IMG/VR virus record: IMGVR_UViG_2671180846_000020
DNA length: 29,281 bases
From: a virus
Taxonomy: Duplodnaviria; Heunggongvirae; Uroviricota; Caudoviricetes
Strand: one strand, 5' to 3'
Below, one piece after another: positions 25,785 through 29,281 of the stretch (position 1 is the first letter of the stretch; each line of letters opens with the position of its first letter). Both the position numbers and the translations under genes were made by a program. The notes beneath the pieces are model-generated. The model was not told the DNA's origin. It saw nothing but the letters and a program-made list of their open reading frames with translations, and made no database searches.

Positions 25785-28700
25785 TTTGGGGATTGATGCG
25801 GCAGAGTTTAAAAATGAAATTCCCCGTATCAAAAACCTTCTGAATGGTGCAGCCAGCGATGCAGAACGGTCTTCTGCCCGTATGCAGCGTTTTATGGAGC
25901 GTCAGACTCAGGCCGCCCGGCAGACAACGCAGGCAGCTTCTTCGGCTGCAACAGCCGCATCCGTCCATGCGCAGACGGTGGAGAAGAACGCACAGGCTCA
26001 TGAACGCATGGCCCGCGAGGTGGAGAAAACCCGCCAGCGCATGGAGGCACTGAGCCAGAAAATGCGCGAGGAACAGGCGCAGGCCATGGCTCTGGCGGAG
26101 GCTCAGGATAAAGCGGCTGCTGCGTTTTATCGTCAGATTGACAGTGTGAAACAGGCCAGTGCGGGGCTGCAGGAATTACAGCGTATTCAGCAGCAGATCC
26201 GACAGGCCAGAAACAGTGGCGGGATTGGTCAGCAGGATTATCTGGCGCTGATTTCTGAGGTTACTGCGAAAACCCGTGTTCTTACACAGGCTGAGGAAGA
26301 GGCTACCCGACAGAAAGTGGCGTTTATCCGTCAGCTTAAAGAGCAGGCAACCCGCCTGAATCTTTCATCTTCTGAGTTGCTTCGTGCTAAGGCAGCCCAG
26401 CTGGGGGTAAGCAGTGCTGCAGAAGTGTATATCCGCAAAATGGAGCAGGCAGGAAAAGCCACGCATTCGCTGGGTCTGAAAAGTGCAGCAGCCCGCCAGG
26501 AGATAGGCGTTCTGATAGGTGAACTGGCCCGCGGCAATTTAGGGGCGCTGAGGGGATCCGGGATAACGCTGGCTAACCGTGCCGGATGGATAGACACACT
26601 GATGTCACCGAAAGGCATGATGCTTGGCGGGGTTATTGGCGGTATTGCCGCGGCCGTCTATGGTCTGGGTAAAGCCTGGTATGACGGTCAGAAGGAGGGG
26701 GAAGAATTTAACCGCCAGTTGTCGCTGACGGGGCATTATGCCGGAGTCACTGCCGGGCAGCTGTGGACGCTCAGTCGTGCTATTTCCGGGAATGGTATCA
26801 CGCAACATGCTGCAGCCGGTGCGCTGGCTCAGGTGGTGGGGAGTGGTGCATTTCGTGGAAACGATATCGGTATGGTGGCGAGAGTTGCCGCACAGATGGA
26901 GCGATCGGTTGGCCAGTCGGTCAGCGATACCATAAATCAGTTTAAGCGGCTGAAGGATGATCCTGTAAATGCCGCGAAGGCTCTGGACAATGAGCTGCAT
27001 TTTCTTACTGCCACTCAGCTTGAGCAGATACGCGTCCTTGGGGAGCAGGGGCGGTCCAGTGATGCTGCACGGATAGCCATGTCTGCACTGGCAGAGGAAA
27101 CCGGTCGGCGTACTGCGGATATTGATAATAACCTCAATGCGCTTGGCAGTACGCTGAAGTATCTGTCTGATTTGTGGAGTCGTTTCTGGGATGCGGCCAT
27201 GAATATTGGTCGTGAAGACTCGCTGGATGAACAGATTGCCGCTTTACAGGAGAAAGTGTCGCGGGCGAAAAGACTCCCCTGGACGGCATCATCTTCTCAG
27301 GTTGAATACGATCAGCAGCGTCTTAACGATCTTCAGGAGAAAAAACGCCAGAAGGATTTGCAGGATGCAAAAGAGCAGGCAGAGCGGAATTATCAGGAGC
27401 AACAGAAACGCCGTAATGCTGAAAATGCTGCACTGAACCGGATGAATGAAACGGAAGCAGCACGACATCAGCGTGAAATTGCGCGTATTAATGCCATGCA
27501 GTACGCCGATCAGGCTGTCAGGGATGCGGCGATACAACGTGAAAATGAACGTTACGAGAAAGCCCTGGCATCCGGTAAGAAAAAAACACGCGAAACCCGT
27601 AATGATGAGGCCACCCGGTTATTGCTGCAGTACAGTCAGCAACAGGCACAGGTGGAAGGACAGATTGCTGCTGCCAGACAGTCAGCAGGCATTGCCACGG
27701 AAAGGATGACAGAAGCGCATAAACAGCTTCTGGCTCTGCAGCAGCGCATCAGCGACCTGGACGGGAAAAAACTGACGGCAGATGAAAAGAGTGTGCTGGC
27801 CCGTAAAGATGAACTGATTCAGGCACTGACGCTGCTGGATGTAAAACAGCAGGAGCTTCAGAAACAGACGGCACTCAACGAGCTGAAGAAAAAAACAATT
27901 CAGCTGACCAGTCAACTGGCTGAAGAAGAGCGCGCTCAGCGTCAGCAACATGACCTGGATATCGCCACGGTGGGTATGGGTGATCAGCAGCGACAGCGAT
28001 ATCAGGTACAACTGAGTCTTCGCCAGAAATACCAGCAACAGCTGGAGCAGTTGAGGCGGGATAGTGAGCAGAAAGGGACATATAACACGGATGACTACAG
28101 AAAGGCCGAGCAGGCGCTGACGGAGAGCCTGAACCGACAACTGAATGAGAATCGCCGTTACTGGCAACAGCTTGAAGTTGTGCAGGGTAACTGGAAAAAC
28201 GGAGTCCTGCGTGCATTTCAGGATTTTACCGTGGATGCAGATAATACGGCAGAAACAGCAGAACAGGTGTTCTCGTCAGCCTTCAGCAACATGGGAAATG
28301 GCCTGGCAACTTTTGTCACTACCGGCAAACTCAATTTCAAATCCTTCACCTCTTCTGTGCTGTCAGATATGGCGAAAATCCTGGCGCAGGCAACCATGAT
28401 GAAATCGATAAAAGGGATTGGCAGTGTACTGGGATTTGATCTCAGCAGCCTTTCCCTGAATGCCAATGGGGGGATTTATCAGTCTGCTGATTTGAGTCGT
28501 TACAGTGGCACGGTGGTTAACCGTCCGACGTTTTTTGCTTTTGCAAAAGGCGCGGGTGTGATGGGGGAAGCGGGACCTGAAGCCATTCTGCCATTGCGTC
28601 GTGGTGCTGACGGTAAGCTGGGGGTTGTGGCGGATATTGGGGGGTCAGGTATGGCGATGTTTTCCCCGCAGTACAACATCGAGATCAATAACGATGGCAC

Positions 28701-28821
28701 GAACGGGCAGATAGGTCCGGCTGCCCTGAAGGCGGTTTATGACCTCGGGAAAAAAGCGGCAGCGGACTTTATGCAACAGCAGGCCCGTGATGGTGGTCGG
28801 TTAAGTGGAGCATATCGGTAA
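25756..28821 (+). CDS. tail tape measure protein (lambda gpH-like)
   Basis: About 1021-aa protein with a long Ala/Gln/Glu-rich coiled-coil-like central region and a Gly-rich C-terminal part; it follows G/T and precedes M. Confidence 0.85.
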   Translation: MDQIANLVIDLGIDAAEFKNEIPRIKNLLNGAASDAERSSARMQRFMERQTQAARQTTQAASSAATAASVHAQTVEKNAQAHERMAREVEKTRQRMEALSQKMREEQAQAMALAEAQDKAAAAFYRQIDSVKQASAGLQELQRIQQQIRQARNSGGIGQQDYLALISEVTAKTRVLTQAEEEATRQKVAFIRQLKEQATRLNLSSSELLRAKAAQLGVSSAAEVYIRKMEQAGKATHSLGLKSAAARQEIGVLIGELARGNLGALRGSGITLANRAGWIDTLMSPKGMMLGGVIGGIAAAVYGLGKAWYDGQKEGEEFNRQLSLTGHYAGVTAGQLWTLSRAISGNGITQHAAAGALAQVVGSGAFRGNDIGMVARVAAQMERSVGQSVSDTINQFKRLKDDPVNAAKALDNELHFLTATQLEQIRVLGEQGRSSDAARIAMSALAEETGRRTADIDNNLNALGSTLKYLSDLWSRFWDAAMNIGREDSLDEQIAALQEKVSRAKRLPWTASSSQVEYDQQRLNDLQEKKRQKDLQDAKEQAERNYQEQQKRRNAENAALNRMNETEAARHQREIARINAMQYADQAVRDAAIQRENERYEKALASGKKKTRETRNDEATRLLLQYSQQQAQVEGQIAAARQSAGIATERMTEAHKQLLALQQRISDLDGKKLTADEKSVLARKDELIQALTLLDVKQQELQKQTALNELKKKTIQLTSQLAEEERAQRQQHDLDIATVGMGDQQRQRYQVQLSLRQKYQQQLEQLRRDSEQKGTYNTDDYRKAEQALTESLNRQLNENRRYWQQLEVVQGNWKNGVLRAFQDFTVDADNTAETAEQVFSSAFSNMGNGLATFVTTGKLNFKSFTSSVLSDMAKILAQATMMKSIKGIGSVLGFDLSSLSLNANGGIYQSADLSRYSGTVVNRPTFFAFAKGAGVMGEAGPEAILPLRRGADGKLGVVADIGGSGMAMFSPQYNIEINNDGTNGQIGPAALKAVYDLGKKAAADFMQQQARDGGRLSGAYR

Positions 28822-29150
28822 TGGAGACGTTTCACTGGAAAGTGCGCCCGGATATGAATGTGGTATCAGAGCCGAAAGTGGTGACAGTGAAGCTGGGCGA
28901 TGGTTATGAACAGCGTCGTGCGGCGGGACTGAATAACCAGTTGTCGACTTACAGCGTGACGATACGTGTTCGTAAATGTGACCACCCATCTTTAAAAGCC
29001 TTTCTGGAACGGCACGGTGGCGTCCGTGCATTTCAGTGGACGCCACCTTATGACTGGAAACCGATCAGGGTGGTTTGTCGTAAATGGTCGGCAAGCGTGG
29101 GGGCGCTGTGGGTAACCATAACGGCAGATTTTGAACAGGTCGTGGCATAG
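28821..29150 (+). CDS. minor tail protein M-like
   Basis: 109 aa, the same length as lambda gpM; its ATG overlaps the tape-measure stop. Confidence 0.75.
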   Translation: METFHWKVRPDMNVVSEPKVVTVKLGDGYEQRRAAGLNNQLSTYSVTIRVRKCDHPSLKAFLERHGGVRAFQWTPPYDWKPIRVVCRKWSASVGALWVTITADFEQVVA

Positions 29151-29159
29151 GAGGCTCTG

Positions 29160-29281
29160 ATGCAGGATATTCCACAGGAAACACATCATGAGACGACACG
29201 CCTCACTCAGTCAGCCCAGGTGGTGCTCTGGGAAATCGATCTGACAGAGGTCGGTGGTGAACGTTATTTTTTCTGTAATGA
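29160..29281 (+). CDS. minor tail protein L-like (5' partial, runs off the window)
   Basis: ORF begins MQDIPQETHHETTRLTQSAQVVLWEIDLTEVGGERYFF and continues past the window end; lambda L position. Confidence 0.65.
   Translation, partial: MQDIPQETHHETTRLTQSAQVVLWEIDLTEVGGERYFFCN

Noticed and set aside
26331-28466. Minus-strand ORFs within the tape measure gene (for example 26605-27000, 27682-28167, 27875-28216)
   Set aside because: Antisense to a continuous 3-kb ORF; compositions dominated by Leu/Gln/Ser from the reverse complement of GC-rich Ala/Gln codons.

Overview
This window reads as an internal segment of a mosaic lambdoid prophage of an enterobacterium (E. coli-like), with early-right and late genes on the + strand. 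All calls rest on reading the supplied ORF translations and the raw sequence; no database search was run. Left to right: (1) an immunity region with a short HTH repressor lacking a peptidase domain, a divergent Cro-like gene, and YdaT-like and replication-initiator genes (Rac-prophage-like); (2) an inserted DDE transposase (IS481/ISNCY-like) where a helicase-loader gene would be expected; (3) a Qin-prophage-like accessory block: flxA with a sigma-28 promoter, relBE, a hok toxin gene interrupted by a 57-nt N run, rem-like, a coupled 92-aa ORF, a DUF968/HNH-like protein, and a zinc-finger Q antiterminator with a downstream terminator; (4) three cold-shock paralogs around a phage-21-type lysis cassette (dual-start pinholin, moron, SAR endolysin, Rz with embedded Rz1); (5) a cluster of small moron genes (including a 57-58 aa GnsB-like gene missed by the ORF track, and YdfO-like); (6) a lambda-like cos site followed by Nu1/A-like terminase, W, portal, a prohead protease-major capsid fusion, and lambda-like tail genes (Z, U, V, G/G-T, tape measure, M, start of L). 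No integrase, attachment sites, tRNA or CRISPR are visible. I do not see a large obviously novel multi-gene system; the best candidates for uncharacterised biology are small cassettes: the rem/orf92/HNH-like trio, two unannotated zinc-ribbon ORFs, a 3-TM membrane ORF antisense to a leftward early gene, and the small-gene cluster before cos.
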